DNA of 64,000 bases from Auanema rhodensis (Eukaryota; Animalia; Nematoda), in contig OZ059895.1 of the NCBI GenBank assembly GCA_964057225.1, positions 20,274,001-20,338,000 of the forward strand, read 5' to 3'. Made by a program: the position numbers and the translations under genes. The notes under the pieces are model-generated. The model saw only the letters and a list, made by a program, of their open reading frames with translations. It ran no database searches and had not been told where the DNA came from. Shown piece by piece: positions 13,501 through 27,500 of this stretch. The stretch's first letter is position 1; the number at the start of each line of letters is the position of its first letter.

Positions 13501-15500
13501 TAGTGCATTCGATGCGGATTTTTAAGCTGCGTCGATCTGTGTTATCAGATTTGCGCTAGCTTAAAAATGCACCGAGATATCAACTGATATAAGTTCACAC
13601 TTATATCCTCGATTTTCACCCTGAAGAATTAATTTTTTCGTTGAATAACATCGTCCATCGTCTTTGCTTTGAAAAAAGGAATCTAAAAACATCTACTTTT
13701 TGCTAAATTATTCTGAAATTTTTCGAAAAAATTTTTGTCAAAATGTTTTTGGAAGCAATGTTGAGTGTACATGGAAACTCAACATACACTAATGCATCAT
13801 TTTTCAAACGATCATAACTAATTTTTGTATTGAGCGTTTCTCAATGTAGTATAGTGCATTCGATGCGGATTTTTAAGCTGCGTCGATCTGTGTTATCAGA
13901 TTTGCGCTAGCTTAAAAATGCACCGAGATATCAACTGATATATGTTCACACTTATATCCTCGATTTTCACCCTGAAGAATTAATTTTTTCGTTGAATAAC
14001 AATGTCCATCGTCTTCGCCTTGAAAAAAGGAATCTAAAAACATCTACTTTTTGCTATATTATTTTGAAATTTTTCGAAAAAATTTTTGTCAAAATGTTTT
14101 TGGAAGCAATGTTGAGTGTACATGGAAACTCAACATACACTAATGCATCATTTTTCGAACGATCATAACTAATTTTTGTATTGAGCGTTTCTCAATGTAG
14201 TATAGTGCATTCGATGCGGATTTTTAAGCTGCGTCGATCTGTGTTATCAGATTTGCGCAGGATTAAAAATGCACCGAGATATCAACTGATATAAGTTCAC
14301 ACTTATATCCTCGATTTTCACCCTGAAGAATTAATTTTTTCGTTGAATAACATCGTCCATCGTCTTTGCCTTGAAAAAAGGAATCTAAAAACATCTACTT
14401 TTTGCTAAATTATTCTGAAATTTTTCGAAAAAATTTTTGTCAAAATGTTTTTGGAAGCAATGTTGAGTGTACATGGAAACTCAACATACACTAATGCATC
14501 ATTTTTCAAACGATCATAACTAATTTTTGTATTGAGCGTTTCTCAATGTAGAATAGTGCATTCGATGCGGATTTTTAAGCTGCGTCGGTCTGTGTTATCA
14601 GATTTGCGCTAGCTTAAAAATGCACCGAGATATCAACTGATATATGTTCACACTTATATCCTCGATTTTCACCCTGAAGAATTAATTTTTTCGTTGAATA
14701 ACAATGTCCATCGTCTTCGCCTTGAAAAAAGGAATCTAAAAACATCTACTTTTTGCTAAATTATTTTGAAATTTTTCGAAAAAATTTTTGTCAAAATGTT
14801 TTTGGGAGCAATGTTGAGTGTACATGGAAACTCAACATACACTAATGCATCATTTTTCAAACGATCATAACTAATTTTTGTATTAAGCGTTTCTCAATGT
14901 AGTATAGTGCATTCGATGCGGATTTTTAAGCTGCGTCGATCTGTGTTATCAGATTTGCGCTAGCTTAAAAATGCACCGAGATATCAACTGATATAAGTTC
15001 ACACTTATATCCTCGATTTTCACCCTGAAGAATTAATTTTTTCGTTGAATAACATCGTCCATCGTCTTTGCTTTGAAAAAAGGAATCTAAAAACATCTAC
15101 TTCTTGCTAAATTATTCTGAAATTTTTCGAAAAAATTTTTGTCAAAATGTTTTTGGAAGCAATGTTGAGTGTACATGGAAACTCAACATACACTAATGCA
15201 TCATTTTTCAAACGATCATAACTAATTTTTGTATTGAGCGTTTCTCAATGTAGTATAGTGCATTCGATGCGGATTTTTAAGCTGCGTCGATCTGTGTTAT
15301 CAGATTTGCGCTAGCTTAAAAATGCACCGAGATATCAACTGATATATGTTCACACTTATATCCTCGATTTTCACCCTGAAGAATTAATTTTTTCGTTGAA
15401 TAACAATGTCCATCGTCTTCGCCTTGAAAAAAGGAATCTAAAAACATCTACTTTTTGCTATATTATTTTGAAATTTTTCGAAAAAATTTTTGTCAAAATG
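10560..15500. repeat. 7-monomer (4+3) higher-order duplication
   Basis: The TTGGGAG variant occurs at 10945, 12349, 13402 and 14806 (spacings 1404/1053/1404, period 2457). Confidence 0.8.
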
Positions 15501-18500
15501 TTTTTGGAAGCAATGTTGATTGTACATGGAAACTCAACATACACTAATGCATCATTTTTCAAACGATCATAACTAATTTTTGTATTGAGCGTTTCTCAAT
15601 GTAGAAAAGTGCATTCGATGCGGATTTTTAAGCTGCGTCGGTCTGTGTTATCAGATTTGCGCTAGCTTAAAAATGCACCGAGATATCAACTGATATATGT
15701 TCACACTTATATCCTCGATTTTCACCCTGAAGAATTAATTTTTTCGTTGAATTACAATGTCCATCGTCTTTGCCTTGAAAAAAGGAATCTAAAAACATCT
15801 ACTTTTTGCTAAATTATTCTGAAATTTTTCGAAAAAATTTTTGTCAAAATGTTTTTGGAAGCAATGTTGAGTGTACATGGAAACTCAACATACACTAATG
15901 CATCATTTTTCAAACGATGATAACTAATTTTTGTATTGAGCGTTTCTCAATGTAGAATAGTGCATTCGATGCGGATTTTTAAGCTGCGTCGGTCTGTGTT
16001 ATCAGATTTGCGCTAGCTTAAAAATGCACCGAGATATCAACTGATATAAGTTCACACTTATATCCTCGATTTTCACCCTGAAGAATTAATTTTTTCGTTG
16101 AATAACATCGTCCATCGTCTTTGCTTTGAAAAAAGGAATCTAAAAACATCTACTTTTTGCTAAATTATTCTGAAATTTTTCGAAAAAATTTTTGTCAAAA
16201 TGTTTTTGGAAGCAATGTTGAGTGTACATGGAAACTCAACATACACTAATGCATCATTTTTCAAACGATCATAACTAATTTTTGTATTGAGCGTTTCTCA
16301 ATGTAGAATAGTGCATTCGATGCGGATTTTTAAGCTGCGTCGGTCTGTGTTATCAGATTTGCGCTAGCTTAAAAATGCACCGAGATATCAACTGATATAT
16401 GTTCACACTTATATCCTCGATTTTCACCCTGAAGAATTAATTTTTTCGTTGAATAACAATGTCCATCGTCTTCGCCTTGAAAAAAGGAATCTAAAAACAT
16501 CTACTTTTTGCTATATTATTTTGAAATTTTTCGAAAAAATTTTTGTCAAAATGTTTTTGGAAGCAATGTTGAGTGTACATGGAAACTCAACATACACTAA
16601 TGCATCATTTTTCGAACGATCATAACTAATTTTTGTATTGAGCGTTTCTCAATGTAGTATAGTGCATTCGATGCGGATTTTTAAGCTGCGTCGATCTGTG
16701 TTATCAGATTTGCGCAGGATTAAAAATGCACCGAGATATCAACTGATATAAATTCACACTTATATCCTCGATTTTCACCCTGAAGAATTAATTTTTTCGT
16801 TGAATAACATCGTCCATCGTCTTTGCCTTGAAAAAAGGAATCTAAAAACATCTACTTTTTGCTAAATTATTTTGAAATTTTTCGAAAAAATTTTTGTCAA
16901 AATGTTTTTGGAAGCAATGTTGATTGTACATGGAAACTCAACATACACTAATGCATCATTTTTCAAACGATCATAACTAATTTTTGTATTGAGCGTTTCT
17001 CAATGTAGTATAGTGCATTCGATGCGGATTTTTAAGCTGCGTCGATCTGTGTTATCAGATTTGCGCAGGATTAAAAATGCACCGAGATATCAACTGACAT
17101 AAATTCACACTTATATCCTCGATTTTCACCCTGAAGAATTAATTTTTTCGTTGAATAACATCGTCCATCGTCTTTGCCTTGAAAAAAGGAATCTAAAAAC
17201 ATCTACTTTTTGCTAAATTATTTTGAAATTTTTCGAAAAAATTTTTGTCAAAATGTTTTTGGAAGCAATGTTGATTGTACATGGAAACTCAACATACACT
17301 AATGCATCATTTTTCAAACGATCATAACTAATTTTTGTATTGAGCGTTTCTCAATGTAGAAAAGTGCATTCGATGCGGATTTTTAAGCTGCGTCGGTCTG
17401 TGTTATCAGATTTGCGCTAGCTTAAAAATGCACCGAGATATCAACTGATATATGTTCACACTTATATCCTCGATTTTCACCCTGAAGAATTAATTTTTTC
17501 GTTGAATTACAATGTCCATCGTCTTTGCCTTGAAAAAAGGAATCTAAAAACATCTACTTTTTGCTAAATTATTCTGAAATTTTTCGAAAAAATTTTTGTC
17601 AAAATGTTTTTGGAAGCAATGTTGAGTGTACATGGAAACTCAACATACACTAATGCATCATTTTTCAAACGATCATAACTAATTTTTGTATTGAGCGTTT
17701 CTCAATGTAGAATAGTGCATTCGATGCGGATTTTTAAGCTGCGTCGGTCTGTGTTATCAGATTTGCGCTAGCTTAAAAATGCACCGAGATATCAACTGAT
17801 ATATGTTCACACTTATATCCTCGATTTTCACCCTGAAGAATTAATTTTTTCGTTGAATAACAATGTCCATCGTCTTTGCCTTGAAAAAAGGAATCTAAAA
17901 ACATCTACTTTTTGCTAAATTATTTTGAAATTTTTCGAAAAAATTTTTGTCAAAATGTTTTTGGAAGCAATGTTGATTGTACATGGAAACTCAACATACA
18001 CTAATGCATCATTTTTCAAACGATCATAACTAATTTTTGTATTGAGCGTTTCTCAATGTAGAAAAGTGCATTCGATGCGGATTTTTAAGCTGCGTCGGTC
18101 TGTGTTATCAGATTTGCGCTAGCTTAAAAATGCACCGAGATATCAACTGATATATGTTCACACTTATATCCTCGATTTTCACCCTGAAGAATTAATTTTT
18201 TCGTTGAATAACAATGTCCATCGTCTTTGCCTTGAAAAAAGGAATCTAAAAACATCTACTTTTTGCTAAATTATTCTGAAATTTTTCGAAAAAATTTTTG
18301 TCAAAATGTTTTTGGAAGCAATGTTGAGTGTACATGGAAACTCAACATACACTAATGCATCATTTTTCAAACGATCATAACTAATTTTTGTATTGAGCGT
18401 TTCTCAATGTAGAATAGTGCATTCGATGCGGATTTTCAAGCTGCGTCGGTCTGTGTTATCAGATTTGCGCTAGCTTAAAAATGCACCGAGATATCAACTG

Positions 18501-21500
18501 ATATATGTTCACACTTATATCCTCGATTTTCACCCTGAAGAATTAATTTTTTCGTTGAATAACAATGTCCATCGTCTTTGCCTCGAAAAAAGGAATCTAA
18601 AAACATCTACTTTTTGCTAAATTATTCTGAAATTTTTCGAAAAAATTTTTGTCAAAATGTTTTTGGAAGCAATGTTGAGTGTACATGGAAACTCAACATA
18701 CACTAATGCATCATTTTTCAAACGATCATAACTAATTTTTGTATTGAGCGTTTCTCAATGTAGAATAGTGCATTCGATGCGGATTTTTAAGCTGCGTCGG
18801 TCTGTGTTATCAGATTTGCGCTAGCTTAAAAATGCACCGAGATATCAACTGATATATGTTCACACTTATATCCTCGATTTTCACCCTGAAGAATTAATTT
18901 TTTCGTTGAATTACAATGTCCATCGTCTTCGCCTTGAAAAAAGGAATCTAAAAACATCTTCTTTTTGCTAAATTATCTTGAAATTTTTCGAAAAAATTTT
19001 TGTCAAAATGTTTTTGGAAGCAATGTTGAGTGTACATGGAAACTCAACATACACTAATGCATCATTTTTCAAACGATCATAACTAATTTTTGTATTAAGC
19101 GTTTCTCAATGTAGTATAGTGCATTCGATGCGGATTTTTAAGCTGCGTCGATCTGTGTTATCAGATTTGCGCTAGCTTAAAAATGCACCGAGATATCAAC
19201 TGATATAAGTTCACACTTATATCCTCGATTTTCACCCTGAAGAATTAATTTTTTCGTTGAATAACAATGTCCATCGTCTTTGCCTCGAAAAAAGGAATCT
19301 AAAAACATCTACTTTTTGCTAAATTATTCTGAAATTTTTCGAAAAAATTTTTGTCAAAATGTTTTTGGAAGCAATGTTGAGTGTACATGGAAACTCAACA
19401 TACACTAATGCATCATTTTTCAAACGATCATAACTAATTTTTGTATTGAGCGTTTCTCAATGTAGAATAGTGCATTCGATGCGGATTTTTAAGCTGCGTC
19501 GGTCTGTGTTATCAGATTTGCGCTAGCTTAAAAATGCACCGAGATATCAACTGATATATGTTCACACTTATATCCTCGATTTTCACCCTGAAGAATTAAT
19601 TTTTTCGTTGAATTACAATGTCCATCGTCTTCGCCTTGAAAAAAGGAATCTAAAAACATCTTCTTTTTGCTAAATTATCTTGAAATTTTTCGAAAAAATT
19701 TTTGTCAAAATGTTTTTGGAAGCAATGTTGAGTGTACATGGAAACTCAACATACACTAATGCATCATTTTTCAAACGATCATAACTAATTTTTGTATTAA
19801 GCGTTTCTCAATGTAGTATAGTGCATTCGATGCGGATTTTTAAGCTGCGTCGATCTGTGTTATCAGATTTGCGCTAGCTTAAAAATGCACCGAGATATCA
19901 ACTGATATAAGTTCACACTTATATCCTCGATTTTCACCCTGAAGAATTAATTTTTTCGTTGAATAACATCGTCCATCGTCTTTGCTTTGAAAAAAGGAAT
20001 CTAAAAACATCTACTTTTTGCTAAATTATTCTGAAATTTTTCGAAAAAATTTTTGTCAAAATGTTTTTGGAAGCAATGTTGAGTGTACATGGAAACTCAA
20101 CATACACTAATGCATCATTTTTCAAACGATCATAACTAATTTTTGTATTGAGCGTTTCTCAATGTAGAAAAGTGCATTCGATGCGGATTTTTAAGCTGCG
20201 TCGGTCTGTGTTATCAGATTTGCGCTAGCTTAAAAATGCACCGAGATATCAACTGATATATGTTCACACTTATATCCTCGATTTTCACCCTGAAGAATTA
20301 ATTTTTTCGTTGAATTACAATGTCCATCGTCTTTGCCTTGAAAAAAGGAATCTAAAAACATCTACTTTTTGCTAAATTATTCTGAAATTTTTCGAAAAAA
20401 TTTTTGTCAAAATGTTTTTGGAAGCAATGTTGAGTGTACATGGAAACTCAACATACACTAATGCATCATTTTTCAAACGATCATAACTAATTTTTGTATT
20501 GAGCGTTTCTCAATGTAGAAAAGTGCATTCGATGCGGATTTTTAAGCTGCGTCGGTCTGTGTTATCAGATTTGCGCTAGCTTAAAAATGCACCGAGATAT
20601 CAACTGATATATGTTCACACTTATATCCTCGATTTTCACCCTGAAGAATTAATTTTTTCGTTGAATTACAATGTCCATCGTCTTTGCCTTGAAAAAAGGA
20701 ATCTAAAAACATCTACTTTTTGCTAAATTATTCTGAAATTTTTCGAAAAAATTTTTGTCAAAATGTTTTTGGAAGCAATGTTGAGTGTACATGGAAACTC
20801 AACATACACTAATGCATCATTTTTCAAACGATCATAACTAATTTTTGTATTGAGCGTTTCTCAATGTAGAATAGTGCATTCGATGCGGATTTTTAAGCTG
20901 CGTCGGTCTGTGTTATCAGATTTGCGCTAGCTTAAAAATGCACCGAGATATCAACTGATATATGTTCACACTTATATCCTCGATTTTCACCCTGAAGAAT
21001 TAATTTTTTCGTTGAATAACAATGTCCATCGTCTTTGCCTTGAAAAAAGGAATCTAAAAACATCTACTTTTTGCTAAATTATTTTGAAATTTTTCGAAAA
21101 AATTTTTGTCAAAATGTTTTTGGAAGCAATGTTGATTGTACATGGAAACTCAACATACACTAATGCATCATTTTTCAAACGATCATAACTAATTTTTGTA
21201 TTGAGCGTTTCTCAATGTAGAAAAGTGCATTCGATGCGGATTTTTAAGCTGCGTCGGTCTGTGTTATCAGATTTGCGCTAGCTTAAAAATGCACCGAGAT
21301 ATCAACTGATATATGTTCACACTTATATCCTCGATTTTCACCCTGAAGAATTAATTTTTTCGTTGAATAACAATGTCCATCGTCTTTGCCTTGAAAAAAG
21401 GAATCTAAAAACATCTACTTTTTGCTAAATTATTCTGAAATTTTTCGAAAAAATTTTTGTCAAAATGTTTTTGGAAGCAATGTTGAGTGTACATGGAAAC

Positions 21501-24500
21501 TCAACATACACTAATGCATCATTTTTCAAACGATCATAACTAATTTTTGTATTGAGCGTTTCTCAATGTAGAATAGTGCATTCGATGCGGATTTTTAAGC
21601 TGCGTCGATCTGTGTTATCAGATTTGCGCAGGATTAAAAATGCACCGAGATATCAACTGATATAAATTCACACTTATATCCTCGATTTTCACCCTGAAGA
21701 ATTAATTTTTTCGTTGAATAACATCGTCCATCGTCTTTGCCTTGAAAAAAGGAATCTAAAAACATCTACTTTTTGCTAAATTATTTTGAAATTTTTCGAA
21801 AAAATTTTTGTCAAAATGTTTTTGGAAGCAATGTTGATTGTACATGGAAACTCAACATACACTAATGCATCATTTTTCAAACGATCATAACTAATTTTTG
21901 TATTGAGCGTTTCTCAATGTAGTATAGTGCATTCGATGCGGATTTTTAAGCTGCGTCGATCTGTGTTATCAGATTTGCGCAGGATTAAAAATGCACCGAG
22001 ATATCAACTGACATAAATTCACACTTATATCCTCGATTTTCACCCTGAAGAATTAATTTTTTCGTTGAATAACATCGTCCATCGTCTTTGCCTTGAAAAA
22101 AGGAATCTAAAAACATCTACTTTTTGCTAAATTATTTTGAAATTTTTCGAAAAAATTTTTGTCAAAATGTTTTTGGAAGCAATGTTGATTGTACATGGAA
22201 ACTCAACATACACTAATGCATCATTTTTCAAACGATCATAACTAATTTTTGTATTGAGCGTTTCTCAATGTAGAAAAGTGCATTCGATGCGGATTTTTAA
22301 GCTGCGTCGGTCTGTGTTATCAGATTTGCGCTAGCTTAAAAATGCACCGAGATATCAACTGATATATGTTCACACTTATATCCTCGATTTTCACCCTGAA
22401 GAATTAATTTTTTCGTTGAATTACAATGTCCATCGTCTTTGCCTTGAAAAAAGGAATCTAAAAACATCTACTTTTTGCTAAATTATTCTGAAATTTTTCG
22501 AAAAAATTTTTGTCAAAATGTTTTTGGAAGCAATGTTGAGTGTACATGGAAACTCAACATACACTAATGCATCATTTTTCAAACGATCATAACTAATTTT
22601 TGTATTGAGCGTTTCTCAATGTAGAATAGTGCATTCGATGCGGATTTTTAAGCTGCGTCGGTCTGTGTTATCAGATTTGCGCTAGCTTAAAAATGCACCG
22701 AGATATCAACTGATATATGTTCACACTTATATCCTCGATTTTCACCCTGAAGAATTAATTTTTTCGTTGAATAACAATGTCCATCGTCTTTGCCTTGAAA
22801 AAAGGAATCTAAAAACATCTACTTTTTGCTAAATTATTTTGAAATTTTTCGAAAAAATTTTTGTCAAAATGTTTTTGGAAGCAATGTTGATTGTACATGG
22901 AAACTCAACATACACTAATGCATCATTTTTCAAACGATCATAACTAATTTTTGTATTGAGCGTTTCTCAATGTAGAAAAGTGCATTCGATGCGGATTTTT
23001 AAGCTGCGTCGGTCTGTGTTATCAGATTTGCGCTAGCTTAAAAATGCACCGAGATATCAACTGATATATGTTCACACTTATATCCTCGATTTTCACCCTG
23101 AAGAATTAATTTTTTCGTTGAATAACAATGTCCATCGTCTTTGCCTTGAAAAAAGGAATCTAAAAACATCTACTTTTTGCTAAATTATTCTGAAATTTTT
23201 CGAAAAAATTTTTGTCAAAATGTTTTTGGAAGCAATGTTGAGTGTACATGGAAACTCAACATACACTAATGCATCATTTTTCAAACGATCATAACTAATT
23301 TTTGTATTGAGCGTTTCTCAATGTAGAATAGTGCATTCGATGCGGATTTTCAAGCTGCGTCGGTCTGTGTTATCAGATTTGCGCTAGCTTAAAAATGCAC
23401 CGAGATATCAACTGATATATGTTCACACTTATATCCTCGATTTTCACCCTGAAGAATTAATTTTTTCGTTGAATAACAATGTCCATCGTCTTTGCCTCGA
23501 AAAAAGGAATCTAAAAACATCTACTTTTTGCTAAATTATTCTGAAATTTTTCGAAAAAATTTTTGTCAAAATGTTTTTGGAAGCAATGTTGAGTGTACAT
23601 GGAAACTCAACATACACTAATGCATCATTTTTCAAACGATCATAACTAATTTTTGTATTGAGCGTTTCTCAATGTAGAATAGTGCATTCGATGCGGATTT
23701 TTAAGCTGCGTCGGTCTGTGTTATCAGATTTGCGCTAGCTTAAAAATGCACCGAGATATCAACTGATATATGTTCACACTTATATCCTCGATTTTCACCC
23801 TGAAGAATTAATTTTTTCGTTGAATTACAATGTCCATCGTCTTCGCCTTGAAAAAAGGAATCTAAAAACATCTTCTTTTTGCTAAATTATTTTGAAATTT
23901 TTCGAAAAAATTTTTGTCAAAATGTTTTTGGAAGCAATGTTGAGTGTACATGGAAACTCAACATACACTAATGCATCATTTTTCAAACGATCATAACTAA
24001 TTTTTGTATTAAGCGTTTCTCAATGTAGTATAGTGCATTCGATGCGGATTTTTAAGCTGCGTCGATCTGTGTTATCAGATTTGCGCTAGCTTAAAAATGC
24101 ACCGAGATATCAACTGATATAAGTTCACACTTATATCCTCGATTTTCACCCTGAAGAATTAATTTTTTCGTTGAATAACATCGTCCATCGTCTTTGCTTT
24201 GAAAAAAGGAATCTAAAAACATCTACTTTTTGCTAAATTATTCTGAAATTTTTCGAAAAAATTTTTGTCAAAATGTTTTTGGAAGCAATGTTGAGTGTAC
24301 ATGGAAACTCAACATACACTAATGCATCATTTTTCAAACGATCATAACTAATTTTTGTATTGAGCGTTTCTCAATGTAGAAAAGTGCATTCGATGCGGAT
24401 TTTTAAGCTGCGTCGGTCTGTGTTATCAGATTTGCGCTAGCTTAAAAATGCACCGAGATATCAACTGATATATGTTCACACTTATATCCTCGATTTTCAC

Positions 24501-27500
24501 CCTGAAGAATTAATTTTTTCGTTGAATAACAATGTCCATCGTCTTTGCCTTGAAAAAAGGAATCTAAAAACATCTACTTTTTGCTAAATTATTTTGAAAT
24601 TTTTCGAAAAAATTTTTGTCAAAATGTTTTTGGAAGCAATGTTGATTGTACATGGAAACTCAACATACACTAATGCATCATTTTTCAAACGATCATAACT
24701 AATTTTTGTATTGAGCGTTTCTCAATGTAGAAAAGTGCATTCGATGCGGATTTTTAAGCTGCGTCGGTCTGTGTTATCAGATTTGCGCTAGCTTAAAAAT
24801 GCACCGAGATATCAACTGATATATGTTCACACTTATATCCTCGATTTTCACCCTGAAGAATTAATTTTTTCGTTGAATAACAATGTCCATCGTCTTTGCC
24901 TTGAAAAAAGGAATCTAAAAACATCTACTTTTTGCTAAATTATTTTGAAATTTTTCGAAAAAATTTTTGTCAAAATGTTTTTGGAAGCAATGTTGATTGT
25001 ACATGGAAACTCAACATACACTAATGCATCATTTTTCAAACGATCATAACTAATTTTTGTATTGAGCGTTTCTCAATGTAGAAAAGTGCATTCGATGCGG
25101 ATTTTTAAGCTGCGTCGGTCTGTGTTATCAGATTTGCGCTAGCTTAAAAATGCACCGAGATATCAACTGATATATGTTCACACTTATATCCTCGATTTTC
25201 ACCCTGAAGAATTAATTTTTTCGTTGAATAACAATGTCCATCGTCTTTGCCTTGAAAAAAGGAATCTAAAAACATCTACTTTTTGCTAAATTATTCTGAA
25301 ATTTTTCGAAAAAATTTTTGTCAAAATGTTTTTGGAAGCAATGTTGAGTGTACATGGAAACTCAACATACACTAATGCATCATTTTTCAAACGATCATAA
25401 CTAATTTTTGTATTGAGCGTTTCTCAATGTAGAATAGTGCATTCGATGCGGATTTTCAAGCTGCGTCGGTCTGTGTTATCAGATTTGCGCTAGCTTAAAA
25501 ATGCACCGAGATATCAACTGATATATGTTCACACTTATATCCTCGATTTTCACCCTGAAGAATTAATTTTTTCGTTGAATAACAATGTCCATCGTCTTTG
25601 CCTCGAAAAAAGGAATCTAAAAACATCTACTTTTTGCTAAATTATTCTGAAATTTTTCGAAAAAATTTTTGTCAAAATGTTTTTGGAAGCAATGTTGAGT
25701 GTACATGGAAACTCAACATACACTAATGCATCATTTTTCAAACGATCATAACTAATTTTTGTATTAAGCGCTTCTCAATGTAGTATAGTGCATTCGATGC
25801 GGATTTTTAAGCTGCGTCGATCTGTGTTATCAGATTTGCGCTAGCTTAAAAATGCACCGAGATATCAACTGATATAAGTTCACACTTATATCCTCGATTT
25901 TCACCCTGAAGAATTAATTTTTTCGTTGAATAACAATGTCCATCGTCTTCGCCTTGAAAGAAGGAATCTAAAAACATCTACTTTTTGCTAAATTATTTTG
26001 AAATTTTTCGAAAAAATTTTTGTCAAAATGTTTTTGGAAGCAATGTTGAGTGTACATGGAAACTCAACATACACTAATGCATCATTTTTCAAACGATCAT
26101 AACTAATTTTTGTATTAAGCGTTTCTCAATGTAGTATAGTGCATTCGATGCGGATTTTTAAGCTGCGTCGATCTGTGTTATCAGATTTGCGCTAGCTTAA
26201 AAATGCACCGAGATATCAACTGATATAAGTTCACACTTATATCCTCGATTTTCACCCTGAAGAATTAATTTTTTCGTTGAATAACATCGTCCATCGTCTT
26301 TGCTTTGAAAAAAGGAATCTAAAAACATCTACTTTTTGCTAAATTATTCTGAAATTTTTCGAAAAAATTTTTGTCAAAATGTTTTTGGAAGCAATGTTGA
26401 GTGTACATGGAAACTCAACATACACTAATGCATCATTTTTCAAACGATCATAACTAATTTTTGTATTGAACGTTTCTCAATGTAGTATAGTGCATTCGAT
26501 GCGGATTTTTAAGCTGCGTCGATCTGTGTTATCAGATTTGCGCAGGATTAAAAATGCACCGAGATATCAACTGATATAAGTTCACACTTATATCCTCGAT
26601 TTTCACCCTGAAGAATTAATTTTTTCGTTGAATAACATCGTCCATCGTCTTTGCCTTGAAAAAAGGAATCTAAAAACATCTACTTTTTGCTAAATTATTT
26701 TGAAATTTTTCGAAAAAATTTTTGTCAAAATGTTTTTGGAAGCAATGTTGATTGTACATGGAAACTCAACATACACTAATGCATCATTTTTCAAACGATC
26801 ATAACTAATTTTTGTATTGAGCGTTTCTCAATGTAGAAAAGTGCATTCGATGCGGATTTTTAAGCTGCGTCGGTCTGTGTTATCAGATTTGCGCTAGCTT
26901 AAAAATGCACCGAGATATCAACTGATATATGTTCACACTTATATCCTCGATTTTCACCCTGAAGAATTAATTTTTTCGTTGAATAACAATGTCCATCGTC
27001 TTTGCCTTGAAAAAAGGAATCTAAAAACATCTACTTTTTGCTAAATTATTCTGAAATTTTTCGAAAAAATTTTTGTCAAAATGTTTTTGGAAGCAATGTT
27101 GAGTGTACATGGAAACTCAACATACACTAATGCATCATTTTTCAAACGATCATAACTAATTTTTGTATTGAGCGTTTCTCAATGTAGAATAGTGCATTCG
27201 ATGCGGATTTTTAAGCTGCGTCGGTCTGTGTTATCAGATTTGCGCTAGCTTAAAAATGCACCGAGATATCAACTGATATAAGTTCACACTTATATCCTCG
27301 ATTTTCACCCTGAAGAATTAATTTTTTCGTTGAATAACATTGTCCATCGTCTTTGCCTTGAAAAAAGGAATCTAAAAACATCTACTTTTTGCTAAATTAT
27401 TTTGAAATTTTTCGAAAAAATTTTTGTCAAAATGTTTTTGGAAGCAATGTTGATTGTACATGGAAACTCAACATACACTAATGCATCATTTTTCAAACGA

